DNA of 61,332 bases from the IMG/VR virus record IMGVR_UViG_3300028883_000051, positions 1-61,332 of that record. One strand, written 5' to 3'. Under the pieces are notes generated by a model. The model ran no database searches. It saw only the letters and a program-made list of their open reading frames with translations, and was not told the origin of the DNA. This DNA comes from a virus. Its lineage: Duplodnaviria; Caudoviricetes. A program made the position numbers and the translations under genes. Below, in pieces: positions 26,568 through 37,349 of this stretch (positions are counted from its first letter, which is position 1; each line of letters begins with the position of its first letter).

Positions 26568-27435
26568 TACCAGATTACCTACGCATTGGGGCTACCCCGG
26601 TCACGGACTTGGTAAACAGAATTTAATTGTATCAAAGATTTTGAGAAAGAACGGGGCAAAGGTAACATTATTTGCTGCTCCCGGTAGTGCAGATGACGCT
26701 GATCTTGTACATTGTAGAAGTGTTGAAGATTTAAATAAAGCTGTACTCGAAACAGAACTTGATTTAATTATTGATTCCTCACATCAACACGTTCTTTATC
26801 GAATGACAGATGTTCCTGTACTTAACTATTCACACGATAGAGAATCTTACCCCGGTACAAAGGCTCTCGTTCCTTCTCATGCACATGCACAATATCATGG
26901 TTTAACAGAATATGAAGTTATTCCTAATTGTGTAGATTTATCTGAGTTTTCTATGTGCAGTAAACCAAAAAATTACTATGCTTTTTTGGCATCTCCCCAT
27001 CCCAAAAAAGGTGTTAAAAGCGCCATGTATGCCGCTAAAATTATAGGCTTTGAATTTGTTATGGCGGGAAATGGTACAGAAGGATTACCATTCGGTATCG
27101 GCCCGTTAATTGGAAAAGAGAAAGTTAAATTTCTACAAGAGGCAAAGGCTTTATTATTCCCTTCGTCACAGGAAGCCGGGCCAATTACCGTACTTGAAGC
27201 ACAAGCGTGCGGTACGCCTGTACTTACATATAATAAAGGTGGTGCGGCGGAATATATGATTGACGGTAAAACAGGTTTTGCGGCAGAAGATTTAGATCAG
27301 TTTGTGGACGTATGTCAGCAAGTAGATACAATAAATCGGTATGCTTGTAGAGATTTTGTAAAAGAAAATCATACAATAGAACACACAGAAGCAAGCCTGC
27401 TACATGCAATAGAAAGGTTTGCAAAGGAGTTATAA
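26512..27435 (+). CDS. Glycosyltransferase, GT-B fold (GT4-like)
   Basis: VTLFA, IPNCVD, HPKKG, ALLFPSSQEAGPITVLEAQACGTPV. Confidence 0.92.
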   Translation: MMKIMTNVLTNLRVGVVSDTRLPTHWGYPGHGLGKQNLIVSKILRKNGAKVTLFAAPGSADDADLVHCRSVEDLNKAVLETELDLIIDSSHQHVLYRMTDVPVLNYSHDRESYPGTKALVPSHAHAQYHGLTEYEVIPNCVDLSEFSMCSKPKNYYAFLASPHPKKGVKSAMYAAKIIGFEFVMAGNGTEGLPFGIGPLIGKEKVKFLQEAKALLFPSSQEAGPITVLEAQACGTPVLTYNKGGAAEYMIDGKTGFAAEDLDQFVDVCQQVDTINRYACRDFVKENHTIEHTEASLLHAIERFAKEL

Positions 27436-28023
27436 ATGGCGGCAAGAAATGGGCAAACATACCTTGTTTCCCTGTTACGACGTTTGTGTATGGTAACGGA
27501 TTCTGATTATGTCGTTGCTGGTGGCACGTTCTGGTCAGATGATAATATCGTAGATGCTCTTGAAACACATCAAAAGTTTTTAGCCGGAGTAGTTGCACGA
27601 CCAATTGCGCAGAACTTGGGAGGCACATCTCGGTACTACTATTACCAGTTACCGTATACTTACTTTGAAAGTGAATCATCGGGTACAGCTTATTTTCGGT
27701 TATTTGATGGTTACGGAGATTTAATCGGCACAGCCGATTACACACTTGATCCTGTAAATGGACAAATTTTATTTTCAGACGATCATGGCGGAAGTAGTGT
27801 TTACTGCGATATGCTCCTGTATAACGTTCATGCAGCGGCGGCAGATATTTGGCGGATGAAAGCGGGGCACATTGCGGCCCATTCATACAATATTACTATT
27901 GATGGGCATAAGTTAAATCGTAGGGATGTAATAGATTCATATACGCAGATGGCAGATTATTATGAAGGAAAATCTGGATTTAAATCTGTTCCTGTTGTCC
28001 GTGTAGATATTACGGGAGTATAG
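27436..28023 (+). CDS. Head-tail adaptor
   Basis: Position; YNVHAAAADIWRMKA motif. Confidence 0.7.
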   Translation: MAARNGQTYLVSLLRRLCMVTDSDYVVAGGTFWSDDNIVDALETHQKFLAGVVARPIAQNLGGTSRYYYYQLPYTYFESESSGTAYFRLFDGYGDLIGTADYTLDPVNGQILFSDDHGGSSVYCDMLLYNVHAAAADIWRMKAGHIAAHSYNITIDGHKLNRRDVIDSYTQMADYYEGKSGFKSVPVVRVDITGV

Positions 28024-28024
28024 C

Positions 28025-28423
28025 ATGTTAAATATAAATAGTAATTTTATGTCATCGGATGAAATTACCAGTATTCGAAATGAACTTGGGTATTACATGG
28101 TAGATTCTTGTGTTGTAAAAACAAAAGGATATACCAAAGATGCTTATGGTAATACGGTTGAAGGTTTTACGGCTTCTGGTACATATGATTGTTTGTTTAC
28201 GCCGCTTGAACGTGTAGAAGGGGTATTTGGCGGGCAGGGCTTTGAACGTGAAATGTCTAAAGTCTGGTATAATCTTACACTCCCCTATGATGCGACAATC
28301 GGTGTCGGTGATATAATTGATAAATCTTCTACAGAATTTGAGGTTGTACGTGTCTTTTCAGAACAGACAAATATTTTCTCTAAACGAGCCGTCATTGTTC
28401 TCGTTGAAGGAGATATTACCTGA
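28025..28423 (+). CDS. Head closure/stopper protein
   Basis: DAYGN...LTLPYDATIGVGDII...FEVVRV pattern. Confidence 0.75.
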   Translation: MLNINSNFMSSDEITSIRNELGYYMVDSCVVKTKGYTKDAYGNTVEGFTASGTYDCLFTPLERVEGVFGGQGFEREMSKVWYNLTLPYDATIGVGDIIDKSSTEFEVVRVFSEQTNIFSKRAVIVLVEGDIT

Positions 28424-28866
28424 TGGGTGCAGCAAACTTTGTAAATATTGATGTAGAACTTGATTTAACAGGATTAAATAGAATCAGACGGGTACTTAAT
28501 CCGATTACTGCTGAAGGGCTTACTAAGATTGCAGAAGCTATTAAAAATGAAATCGATGAATCATTTACACGTCCAGAAGGTACGGTATCTGCTCCCGGTG
28601 ATCCTCCGGGTATTCAATCCGGCGAATTACGTAGGGGTTTACAGGTAGAAGAAGCTACGGCTAGGAATATGGTAGCTACAATTAAATCTACTACTGCTTA
28701 TTCTGATTATGTAGAATTTGGGCATAGTGTTAGGGGCGGCTATGTAGCTCCCCGCCCGTTTATGCGCCCTGCGGCAAATAGGGTAAATGAACGTGGCGTA
28801 AAGCGTATTTTCCGGGATGGTTATCTTACAGAAGGATTAGGTGATATTGATCATTTTGATTTCTAA
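28423..28866 (+). CDS. HK97 gp10-like neck protein
   Basis: SAPGDPP..QSGELRR, YSDYVEFG, PRPFMRPA. Confidence 0.88.
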   Translation: MGAANFVNIDVELDLTGLNRIRRVLNPITAEGLTKIAEAIKNEIDESFTRPEGTVSAPGDPPGIQSGELRRGLQVEEATARNMVATIKSTTAYSDYVEFGHSVRGGYVAPRPFMRPAANRVNERGVKRIFRDGYLTEGLGDIDHFDF

Positions 28867-28878
28867 AGGTAAAATAAA

Positions 28879-29280
28879 ATGAAACGTGTTTTACAACAAG
28901 CAATATATAATTATTTAACTAATCTTACGGACTTGACAAATGTCTTAGGTAGTGGTAAAATTACGTATAGAATTGCCCCCGCAGATGCACAATTTCCCTA
29001 TCTAGTCTTTTACGAGATAACTGAGCAATCAGAGAATTATGCAAAAATAGATTCTATCAATGCTGTTATTAGTATGCGTGTAGTTAGTACGTCTAATTCG
29101 CAAGTACAACAAGCACTTGATGTAATCTTTGATAATTTACATAATTCTGCCTCATTTTCCGTAACAGGTTGGAATGTTTACCGTGTTAAACACATTAACA
29201 CAACCATGTTTTTAGAACAACAAGAACGAGTACAGGTGTACATGGGTACATCTGATTACCGTTTTACTATGAATAAATAA
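28879..29280 (+). CDS. Tail terminator (DUF3168-like)
   Basis: LQQAIYNYL...APADAQFPYLVF. Confidence 0.8.
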   Translation: MKRVLQQAIYNYLTNLTDLTNVLGSGKITYRIAPADAQFPYLVFYEITEQSENYAKIDSINAVISMRVVSTSNSQVQQALDVIFDNLHNSASFSVTGWNVYRVKHINTTMFLEQQERVQVYMGTSDYRFTMNK

Positions 29281-29294
29281 GGAGATATATACAA

Positions 29295-29720
29295 ATGGCT
29301 GTTGCTACTCGTTATACAGGCAAAGACCTATATGTAGAGTTTGGCGGTACTTCACTTACTTCGGATCAGCGTTCGTTTTCTGTTACTCGTGAACAGGAAA
29401 CAGCAGATACTACTGCTGGTGCAGATGGTGCTCGTAGTTACAAGGCTACCGTGAAAAATTTCACGGCGGAATTGGAAATTCTGGCTGATTCTAGCGCAGG
29501 CGGTACGGGTATGCTTGGTGCTGTGCAGGAAGGTACTGAAGGTACACTTATTTGGGGGCCACGTGGTACAACCTCTGGTTATCCTAAAAATTCTATCGCT
29601 GCTATCGTTACCAGTGTTGATGTTTCCCTTAACTTTGATGATGCTGTTGTTTATAGCATTAGTTTTCAGGGTCAGGGCGATATGACAATTGATGAACTTG
29701 ATGGCGGTACGTGGGCATAA
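29295..29720 (+). CDS. Major tail tube protein
   Basis: ETADTTAG...VVYSISFQGQG; AAGGAG RBS; position. Confidence 0.85.
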   Translation: MAVATRYTGKDLYVEFGGTSLTSDQRSFSVTREQETADTTAGADGARSYKATVKNFTAELEILADSSAGGTGMLGAVQEGTEGTLIWGPRGTTSGYPKNSIAAIVTSVDVSLNFDDAVVYSISFQGQGDMTIDELDGGTWA

Positions 29721-29755
29721 TATTTAAAAATTTGAAGTAATACGAAAGGGTTTTC

Positions 29756-30058
29756 ATGGCTATTTCAGTAAAATATTCATTACAGAAGATTACCGCTAGG
29801 GAAGTGAGCGAGTTTAATAAGAAGCTCGCTCATGACCCTAACGAATCTATCGACCTTTTTGCAGTTATGCTTTCTAAGTCGGTAGTAGATGCTCCCGATG
29901 AGTTGAAGGCAAAAGGGGCACTTAATAACCCCGATACATATCTTGAATTACCATTCTGGCCTAGTGATGAAGGTAATGCAGAGCTTGCATTTATGGAATT
30001 GGTAGAAGGATTAAATACTGCAATGGAAAAAGTCAACAAGAGTACCAAAAAGCGGTAA
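29756..30058 (+). CDS. Tail assembly chaperone (gpG-like)
   Basis: Between tail tube and tape measure; ends in C-AAA-AAG slippery site. Confidence 0.75.
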   Translation: MAISVKYSLQKITAREVSEFNKKLAHDPNESIDLFAVMLSKSVVDAPDELKAKGALNNPDTYLELPFWPSDEGNAELAFMELVEGLNTAMEKVNKSTKKR

Positions 30059-30255
30059 CACTTTATTTGACTTTTGGCCCGGAACAAGCCCCCCTAAAAG
30101 ATTGGTCGTGGGATTATATGAAATCGGTGATTGCATATAATTACCATTACACTCTTGAATATATAGAGCAATTATCTCAGCATGATGTAAATGCTCTATT
30201 AGGTACAATTTCTGCTATGAATAAAGCTCAAAGCAGAAAATCAAAGAAAAAGTAG
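30046..30255 (+). CDS. Tail chaperone -1 frameshift extension (gpT-like)
   Basis: The -1 frame is open from CAAAAAG (30046-30052) to stop at 30255. Confidence 0.7.
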   Translation, partial: QKAVTLYLTFGPEQAPLKDWSWDYMKSVIAYNYHYTLEYIEQLSQHDVNALLGTISAMNKAQSRKSKKK

Positions 30256-30267
30256 TTTGGGGGTATC

Positions 30268-33200
30268 ATGGCAACTACTGTTGGAACACTAGATATTCTA
30301 ATAAGGGGCGATACCGCTTCCTTATCACGTTCCTTAAATACAGCTAACAATGAAATACAAGGATTTTCCCGAACAGCGGAACGGAACTTAACAAGAACAG
30401 GCGTAGCTCTCACAGCAGGGCTTACTGCTCCTATCTTGGGTAGTGCTGTTGCCGCTGTTCGTGCTGCCACCTCATGGGAATCTGCTTTTACAGGTGTACG
30501 TAAAACGGTTGATGCTTCTGAAAGCGTTCTTCTCCGTTTAAATAGTCAGCTACGTGATCTTGCCACTTCCCCGGATAGTTATGTTGCTGGTCTTGAAAAT
30601 GCACATGTAACATTAGCACAGATTGCCGAACTTGGCGGTCAGCTTGGCGTTGACCCGTCGGCTCTTTCCGAGTTTACAGATGTTATCGGGCAGCTTACGA
30701 TTGCTACCGATTTAACAGCAGAAAGTGCGGCCACGATGTTAGCGCAATATGCTAACATTACGGGTCTTGATATTGAAACAGAACTAAGAGGTTTAGGTGA
30801 TACCATCGTCAATCTCGGTAATAATATGGCGACGACGGAATCACAGATTGTATTATTCATGCAGCGTATGGCAGGTGCAGGCGCTAATATCGGTATGGCT
30901 GATACTGATATTGCAGCCTTTGCTGCTACGGCTGCTAGTGTAGGGCTACGTGCAGAAAGTGCAGGTACATCGTTTACACAGCTTGCTTTTGGTATTGAAG
31001 AAGCGGTAGCTTCTTTTCAGGGTGGAACTGTATCAGCCGATGCTCTTATCGGAAGCCTTACCGGAGTTACAAGTGATTTACAAAGAGAACAAACCGTATT
31101 ACAGCGGGAATTAACAGCGGCACAGGATAGATATAATCGTGCTGTTGAAAGCGGTAGCGCCTCACAGGGCGTATACCTTACCCGTGTTGAAGAACTACAG
31201 GCTGAACTTGCGGAAGTACAGGCGGATATGGCTTCTACAGAAGGCCGTATTGCCGGGATTACTCCCGGTACACTTATTTCATATGAACAAGGTAGTGAAG
31301 CCTTACGCGCCTACGCAGAAACAGCCGCACGCTCATTAGATTATGCAGGTATTTCTATGGAAGAATTTGCTAATCTATATACAGATGATGCGGCTGAAGC
31401 AATGTATGCTTTCCTGTCTGGTTTTGGTCAAATTGAAGATGCGGCTACACAGCTTGATATACTCGATGAAATTGGACTTACGGGTATTCGTGTATCTGAT
31501 CTTATTCGCCGTATGTCAAACGGTTCAGAACTACTTGCAGAGGCTTTTGGATTTGCAGAAGATTCTGCTGGTGCGCTGGCTGAAGAATCAGCCCGTCGCT
31601 TTGCTACGACGGAAGCGCAGATGTTCCGTTTACGTAATGTAATTTATGATCTTGGCATTGTTATGGGTTCGGTTTTGTTACCGCCTCTTAATGCCTTTAT
31701 GTCATTTATTTCTCGAATTATTCTTGGTTTATCAGATTTAAATCCCACAGCCGCAAGGCTTGTTTGGATTTTTGGAGGCATAGCTGCGGCTATTGGCCCA
31801 ATCATTCTATTGGGCAGTCAGTTAAGCGGTATATTTGCAGTTATGGCTGCTGCTCCATTTGCAGTATTTCTTATCGGCGTACTTGGATCACTTGCTGCGC
31901 TTACAGTAGGATTAAGTAGCGTCATTGATAATTCCTCCCTGTTATCAGCGCGGTTTGCGCGTATTAGGGATAGGCTTACCGGGCTTATTGCCCCTATACG
32001 TGAATTTATCGCTAACATCTTTACAATTGGACGTGCGTTTGTCAGAGCACTATTCCCTGCTTTTGATACATTTGATAATATGGGATTTTCTGTTGAGAAT
32101 TTACTGCTTAGTTTTACAAACTTTGCAAATAGAATTTTAAATTTTGTAACGCCAGCTATTAATCTGCTGGCAAGAGCTACGGGAATTGTCGCAGATATAT
32201 TGACTACGGGTACTTTTGATTACACAGGATTACTTGACGTTTTTGCTACGTTTGGAATGTTTGAAGATAGTGCCTTTTTCCGTCTTTTATTTGGAGAAGG
32301 GGCTACGGGTTCTGATGCTATTGAAAGTATTGTTGATGCAACTAGAAATCTCAGAGATTACATGAATAATGTAACGTTTGAAAGTTTTATCGGTGATATT
32401 TATAATGCGTTTCTAGATATAAGCAATCAGCTTAATCAGCTTAATCTTACACAGGTAGGCAAAGATGTTCGTGAAGCCTTCTTACGTATCGTTAGTTCTA
32501 TTACGGATAATGAAGGTGTTAATAGGCTTGCTCAAATTATCGGGGATTGGATTGTCTCGGCTTTCTCGTTCTTAGATAGTTTTGATTTTACAAGCGTTAT
32601 TAACGGAATTGCGCGGGCACTCGGTTTAGGCAATCTTGTTGAAGAAGCATTAAGCAAAGAAGATGCTTCTGCGGTATCGGATGCTGTCGGCGGCTACCTA
32701 TTACGGGGTATAGCAAATACACGAGCTAAGGGTTTTGATTTTCTACAATTTATAGAAGATATTAAACAGCAAGCGAAAGATATGTTTGGTAATGCAAACC
32801 TACTTTCTGTGGCTTCTGTCCTTGTTATCAATTTACGTAATAGTATAAATAACGCATTTGATAATTTTAATCCGGCAGATATACTTACTAGCTTTATAGA
32901 TTTTATCTCCCGAATTAAAACAGCTTTTATGGAATCCATTCCTTCTTTTGGCGAAAATATTTTTACTGGTTTCTTTGATTTCTTAGATCGGCTTAATCTT
33001 ATTGAAAATAAACCAGAATTATCTACGTTTTTGACGAATACAGGTATTGCTATTTCAACTTTTTTAGCGCAAGTAGCTGCTGGTTTTGCTTTAGCTAAAG
33101 GAGTTTTTCAAGAAAATACACTTATAAAAGGTCTTGGAAATATCTTTTCCTTTATCTCTCGTTTAGTATCTACGGGGGGTATTGCTTCTGGTATCGGTGG

Positions 33201-35058
33201 ACTTGTTGGTGCTTCGGGACTTCCAATAGTTATATCTACTGTTGTTCAACTTGTAGAAAAATTACCAAGACTTATTGGCGCTATTCAAGAAATGTTTGCT
33301 AATTTAAGTGAAGGTGATTACACGGGAATAGCTAAAGTTATCGGGTTTATTGCTGGAGTTATAGGAACAATATTTACGTTTCTAGGCGATTTTTTAAGCG
33401 AAGCTATTATAGAAGTATTACCGCATCTTGGTACATTTATCGCAGATTTTGCTACTGGAATTTCTGAATTATTTTTAATTTTTGAAGATTTTGGTAGTGC
33501 AGGTGAACATATCGGTGAAGTAGGAGAAGGAATTACCGGAATGGTACATTCTACATGGTCAGCTACAATAGATGTATTAATAGCATTATTTAATGCATTA
33601 GGCAATGTACTTACGGCTATTGGTGTTACAAGTGAAGATGATGTTGCTAATTTTACAGAAGTTGTAGGCGGATTATTTCATGGAATAATTGACGGTGTGT
33701 TTGATGCTGTTGAAGATTTCTTTAATAATATGGAATCTCGAATGAGAGGATTTATTACAAGAATAAGTAACGGCATACAAGGTATTTTACTTACTATTTT
33801 AAATGCAGTAAATATAAATAACATGTTTGATAATGCTATAAGTGGTATTTTTGAAAATTATGCGAGTGGTCAGGCTGCTTTTTCCTTTGCACAACTTGTA
33901 GCAGAATCTATAGAATCTGGTGATACTTCAGATTTAATTGATGTATTACGTGCGGGTAGAATAACTGTAGTAGATGCACTTACTGGATTAACTTCCGAAA
34001 TACCTTGGTCACAATTCAATATAGGCGCAATTGGTACTGAATTTTTTACACAATTATTACAAGGCGTATCAGAAGGTACTATTCCAGCTAGTACAGTACA
34101 AGGTTTTATTAATAGATTAAATCAAGATTTAACGGGTTATTTAGGTAGAGAAGAATTAGAATTAGCTCTTGAATTAGGTATTAATCTTGTACCTACCTAT
34201 ATGTTACCTGATACAAGTACACGAGAAAATCGAGAAGAACGTAGTATGCTTATGGGTATGGATGGTCTTGAAACTAGTTCTTTATTACCTGATTTAGTTG
34301 TTGCTCAAGAAGCTATTCTCGATCTTAGTATTGTAGGCCCATCTGCGGCACAGTGGTATACTACTGTTACCAATTACATGGAGGACATACAAGAACAATT
34401 TATACCTACTGATAGATATGCGCCAGATACAACTATTGAAGCTAATCCTGATGATTGGTCGTTTATGGGATCGCCCACTTATACAGGACAAATGAGCACT
34501 ATACAAGCTGCCCGTGAATTAGATATGTATGCGGCAGTATCAGTTATACCTACACTAACGGATGAATCAGCTATACGTACTTTTCAACAAGTAGGTATTA
34601 ATATGCAAGATTTTCTTGCTAGAACAGGTTTATGGTTTGAAATAGATGCTCAGAACACATACTTATACCCCTCTCTTGTTAACCAAACAGATATTATCGC
34701 AGATTCAGAACTACAAGCTCAAGCTGCTTTTGATGCTACTACTCTTGGACTTGATGCTGTTGCAGCGTTACATATTACTGTAGGTGAAGTTACTATAGAT
34801 AGCGGTGTTCAGGGATTAGTTGGGCAACTTCAATTGGGTGAAATTGGGGCTTTTACTATGGGCGGTAGGCAGAAAGGTGGCCCTATTCCGTATACAGGTT
34901 TATATCAGTTGCACGCTGGTGAAGAAGTGCTGAACAAACACGATGCTCGTGATTATCGGGGCAATCGTGGTAATGGCGGCAATACAGTAATCATCAATGG
35001 CGTACAGGATGTTGATGGTTTACTGGCAGAATTAAATCGTAGGGGGATTTTCCTATAA
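30268..35058 (+). CDS. Tape measure protein (TP901-like N-terminal core)
   Basis: 1596 aa; LTAGLTAPILG, WESAFTGVRKTVD, LGNNMATTESQI; C-terminal LHAGEEVL. Confidence 0.95.
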   Translation: MATTVGTLDILIRGDTASLSRSLNTANNEIQGFSRTAERNLTRTGVALTAGLTAPILGSAVAAVRAATSWESAFTGVRKTVDASESVLLRLNSQLRDLATSPDSYVAGLENAHVTLAQIAELGGQLGVDPSALSEFTDVIGQLTIATDLTAESAATMLAQYANITGLDIETELRGLGDTIVNLGNNMATTESQIVLFMQRMAGAGANIGMADTDIAAFAATAASVGLRAESAGTSFTQLAFGIEEAVASFQGGTVSADALIGSLTGVTSDLQREQTVLQRELTAAQDRYNRAVESGSASQGVYLTRVEELQAELAEVQADMASTEGRIAGITPGTLISYEQGSEALRAYAETAARSLDYAGISMEEFANLYTDDAAEAMYAFLSGFGQIEDAATQLDILDEIGLTGIRVSDLIRRMSNGSELLAEAFGFAEDSAGALAEESARRFATTEAQMFRLRNVIYDLGIVMGSVLLPPLNAFMSFISRIILGLSDLNPTAARLVWIFGGIAAAIGPIILLGSQLSGIFAVMAAAPFAVFLIGVLGSLAALTVGLSSVIDNSSLLSARFARIRDRLTGLIAPIREFIANIFTIGRAFVRALFPAFDTFDNMGFSVENLLLSFTNFANRILNFVTPAINLLARATGIVADILTTGTFDYTGLLDVFATFGMFEDSAFFRLLFGEGATGSDAIESIVDATRNLRDYMNNVTFESFIGDIYNAFLDISNQLNQLNLTQVGKDVREAFLRIVSSITDNEGVNRLAQIIGDWIVSAFSFLDSFDFTSVINGIARALGLGNLVEEALSKEDASAVSDAVGGYLLRGIANTRAKGFDFLQFIEDIKQQAKDMFGNANLLSVASVLVINLRNSINNAFDNFNPADILTSFIDFISRIKTAFMESIPSFGENIFTGFFDFLDRLNLIENKPELSTFLTNTGIAISTFLAQVAAGFALAKGVFQENTLIKGLGNIFSFISRLVSTGGIASGIGGLVGASGLPIVISTVVQLVEKLPRLIGAIQEMFANLSEGDYTGIAKVIGFIAGVIGTIFTFLGDFLSEAIIEVLPHLGTFIADFATGISELFLIFEDFGSAGEHIGEVGEGITGMVHSTWSATIDVLIALFNALGNVLTAIGVTSEDDVANFTEVVGGLFHGIIDGVFDAVEDFFNNMESRMRGFITRISNGIQGILLTILNAVNINNMFDNAISGIFENYASGQAAFSFAQLVAESIESGDTSDLIDVLRAGRITVVDALTGLTSEIPWSQFNIGAIGTEFFTQLLQGVSEGTIPASTVQGFINRLNQDLTGYLGREELELALELGINLVPTYMLPDTSTRENREERSMLMGMDGLETSSLLPDLVVAQEAILDLSIVGPSAAQWYTTVTNYMEDIQEQFIPTDRYAPDTTIEANPDDWSFMGSPTYTGQMSTIQAARELDMYAAVSVIPTLTDESAIRTFQQVGINMQDFLARTGLWFEIDAQNTYLYPSLVNQTDIIADSELQAQAAFDATTLGLDAVAALHITVGEVTIDSGVQGLVGQLQLGEIGAFTMGGRQKGGPIPYTGLYQLHAGEEVLNKHDARDYRGNRGNGGNTVIINGVQDVDGLLAELNRRGIFL

Positions 35059-36848
35059 TGACAGATATACGTTTCGGAATTGATTGGAATGATGATAACG
35101 TAATTTTTTGGGGAGCTTCCTCCGTCCTTGATGATGTAGCTGTAGTGCCTTATAATGAATATGGGCTTGCTACAGATCATGGAACAGTTGCAGATGTACC
35201 TGCCCCTGTACTTAATTTAGCAGGTACATTTACTGCCAGTGGATTTGATCTTAGTTGGGAAGCTGGTACGGCTACTGGTGAGCCTGCTACAGGCATTATG
35301 ATTTGGTATGATGATGTTGTCTGTGGTACGGCTTCTGCCAGCGGTACAAGTTATACTAAAACATATGATAGCGTAGAATTACTTGAGAATATTACACCCT
35401 ATGTTATGTCCGTAAACTGGAGTCTTGGACTTACTAAAGAAGATGAAGTAATTCCAAATGAAGGTAATTGTACTATATCACTAGATAACAGTGACCGTAC
35501 TTTTTCTCCGGCAAATACTGCCAGTGATCTTTATGGAGAGATGTTGCCACTTAGAATTATAAAATTAGAGATAGCAGATAGCGGAGGAACGTGGCATAGG
35601 CAGTGGACGGGTGCAGTTAACCAGATACAGCCATATACAACTAATCGTAATCTTGAAACAAAGATTACTGGTGATCAGGGTATTTTCTATTTACGTTATA
35701 GCGATTATCCAAAAGATATTAGGTATAGTAAATATACCGGAGAAAATCTTGATTATATAACACAGTGGTTTAATCCTCCGGGTGTCGGCGCTTGGCGGCT
35801 CGGCAAAGATAGTCTTGGTTATACTACCCGATTAGTAGCTGAAGAATACAGACAAATAGATACAGGTTCACAATTACAAACTTATTTTAATGAAAAATGG
35901 TTTGTAGAAAAAGATCGATTAGAAAATCAAAAAGCATCTAAGCAAGGTTTAGATATTATTGTAGAAAATCTTGCTCTTGTTGAAGATGGCTTAGTATACT
36001 TAGATCAGTATAATCGTTTTTTCTTTAAAACACGGTCATCTCTGCTTACTAATGCTGCTTCCGCTACTTCCTTATCTATCGATGATGCTGCAATTAGAGG
36101 CAATTATATTTATACGGGAATTGATATGCTTAAAAATATTTACCGTATGACGTGGTATAATAAAATACATTCAGATTCCGGAGTAATTGCAACTAATAGT
36201 GATGATAGAACTTGCTTACCCTCAGCAAGTATGACCTATGAAATTGATTTAACAGAAAATAATACTACAGCTATCTCTGTAGATTCATTTGTCTTTAGTA
36301 CAAATCACGGCAATTATACGTATACATATGATGTAGCTGATGATTTTTCTACTGTAAGCATTACCTTTACCTGTGACCCCGGCGGTCTTGGAGATGGGCT
36401 TTCTGTTACTAATATCGATGTAGTAGGCGAATATATTCGTAGTGCTAAGCAACCGCTATATATTGTAACCCGTGAAGATAGCGTAGAACAATATGGGCAG
36501 TTAATTGCAGATTTAGAATTAAAAGAATTAGAATCTGAAAATATGGCCTCTTATATGGCTAATAGACGTTTAGCTATTACCGCACTTCCTAAAGGATTTT
36601 TTACAAGTATAAGCCTTGTCGATAAAAATACAGAGTGGTTAGATGTTATGTTACAGCATAATTTAATGGATGCTTTTAAAATAACAGAACATCAAACAGC
36701 AGAAACAGATCGTATCGGTTTTATACTTGGAGAAAATTGTACATGGCAACCCGGTTTGTTTAAAAAAGATTATATACTGTCTACCTTAGCTTTTGATAGT
36801 TTTTGGATTTTGGGAAGTGCAGCTTTGGGTACAGGAACAATGGTTTAA
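35058..36848 (+). CDS. Minor tail/baseplate hub protein
   Basis: Follows TMP; ISLDNSDRTFSP motif; FWILG..ALG.GT C-terminus. Confidence 0.75.
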   Translation: MTDIRFGIDWNDDNVIFWGASSVLDDVAVVPYNEYGLATDHGTVADVPAPVLNLAGTFTASGFDLSWEAGTATGEPATGIMIWYDDVVCGTASASGTSYTKTYDSVELLENITPYVMSVNWSLGLTKEDEVIPNEGNCTISLDNSDRTFSPANTASDLYGEMLPLRIIKLEIADSGGTWHRQWTGAVNQIQPYTTNRNLETKITGDQGIFYLRYSDYPKDIRYSKYTGENLDYITQWFNPPGVGAWRLGKDSLGYTTRLVAEEYRQIDTGSQLQTYFNEKWFVEKDRLENQKASKQGLDIIVENLALVEDGLVYLDQYNRFFFKTRSSLLTNAASATSLSIDDAAIRGNYIYTGIDMLKNIYRMTWYNKIHSDSGVIATNSDDRTCLPSASMTYEIDLTENNTTAISVDSFVFSTNHGNYTYTYDVADDFSTVSITFTCDPGGLGDGLSVTNIDVVGEYIRSAKQPLYIVTREDSVEQYGQLIADLELKELESENMASYMANRRLAITALPKGFFTSISLVDKNTEWLDVMLQHNLMDAFKITEHQTAETDRIGFILGENCTWQPGLFKKDYILSTLAFDSFWILGSAALGTGTMV

Positions 36849-36860
36849 GGAGAAAACAAT

Positions 36861-37340
36861 ATGACGTGGACAACAATGAGAGATTTAGATACTGGTACAA
36901 TTGTAAACGCCAGTGATATGGATGCTATCAGAACGAACATCGAACACCTATATGATTATAGCCATGATATAGATATTATCACATCATCGGCAACTACTTC
37001 GAGTACAAGTATGGCTGACATAAGCGGATATGAGCTTTCTGTAGATACAACTGGTGGGCCTTTGTTTGTATTTTTTCAAGCATTAATTACAGATGTATCA
37101 AATTCTTATGCTACTTATTTTGATTGTACTGTGGATGGTACATCTATTTTAGGCGGTACATACGTTGGTACTCAGAAGTTTACAGCAGGGTATGATACTT
37201 TAGGATGGCAATGGGTAATTGTTCCTTCTGCGGGAACACATACTATTAAAATGAGATGGTCGGTTCAAAATGCTTCTATTTCCCCCGATTTATACGGCTC
37301 AGTATCTTATCCATCTTTATTTGCAGCAATAGGTTATTAA
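36861..37340 (+). CDS. Tail fibre/minor tail protein
   Basis: MTWT...NASDMD.IRTNI N-terminus; SAGTHTIKMRW beta-sandwich. Confidence 0.7.
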   Translation: MTWTTMRDLDTGTIVNASDMDAIRTNIEHLYDYSHDIDIITSSATTSSTSMADISGYELSVDTTGGPLFVFFQALITDVSNSYATYFDCTVDGTSILGGTYVGTQKFTAGYDTLGWQWVIVPSAGTHTIKMRWSVQNASISPDLYGSVSYPSLFAAIGY

Positions 37341-37349
37341 GGAGAAATT

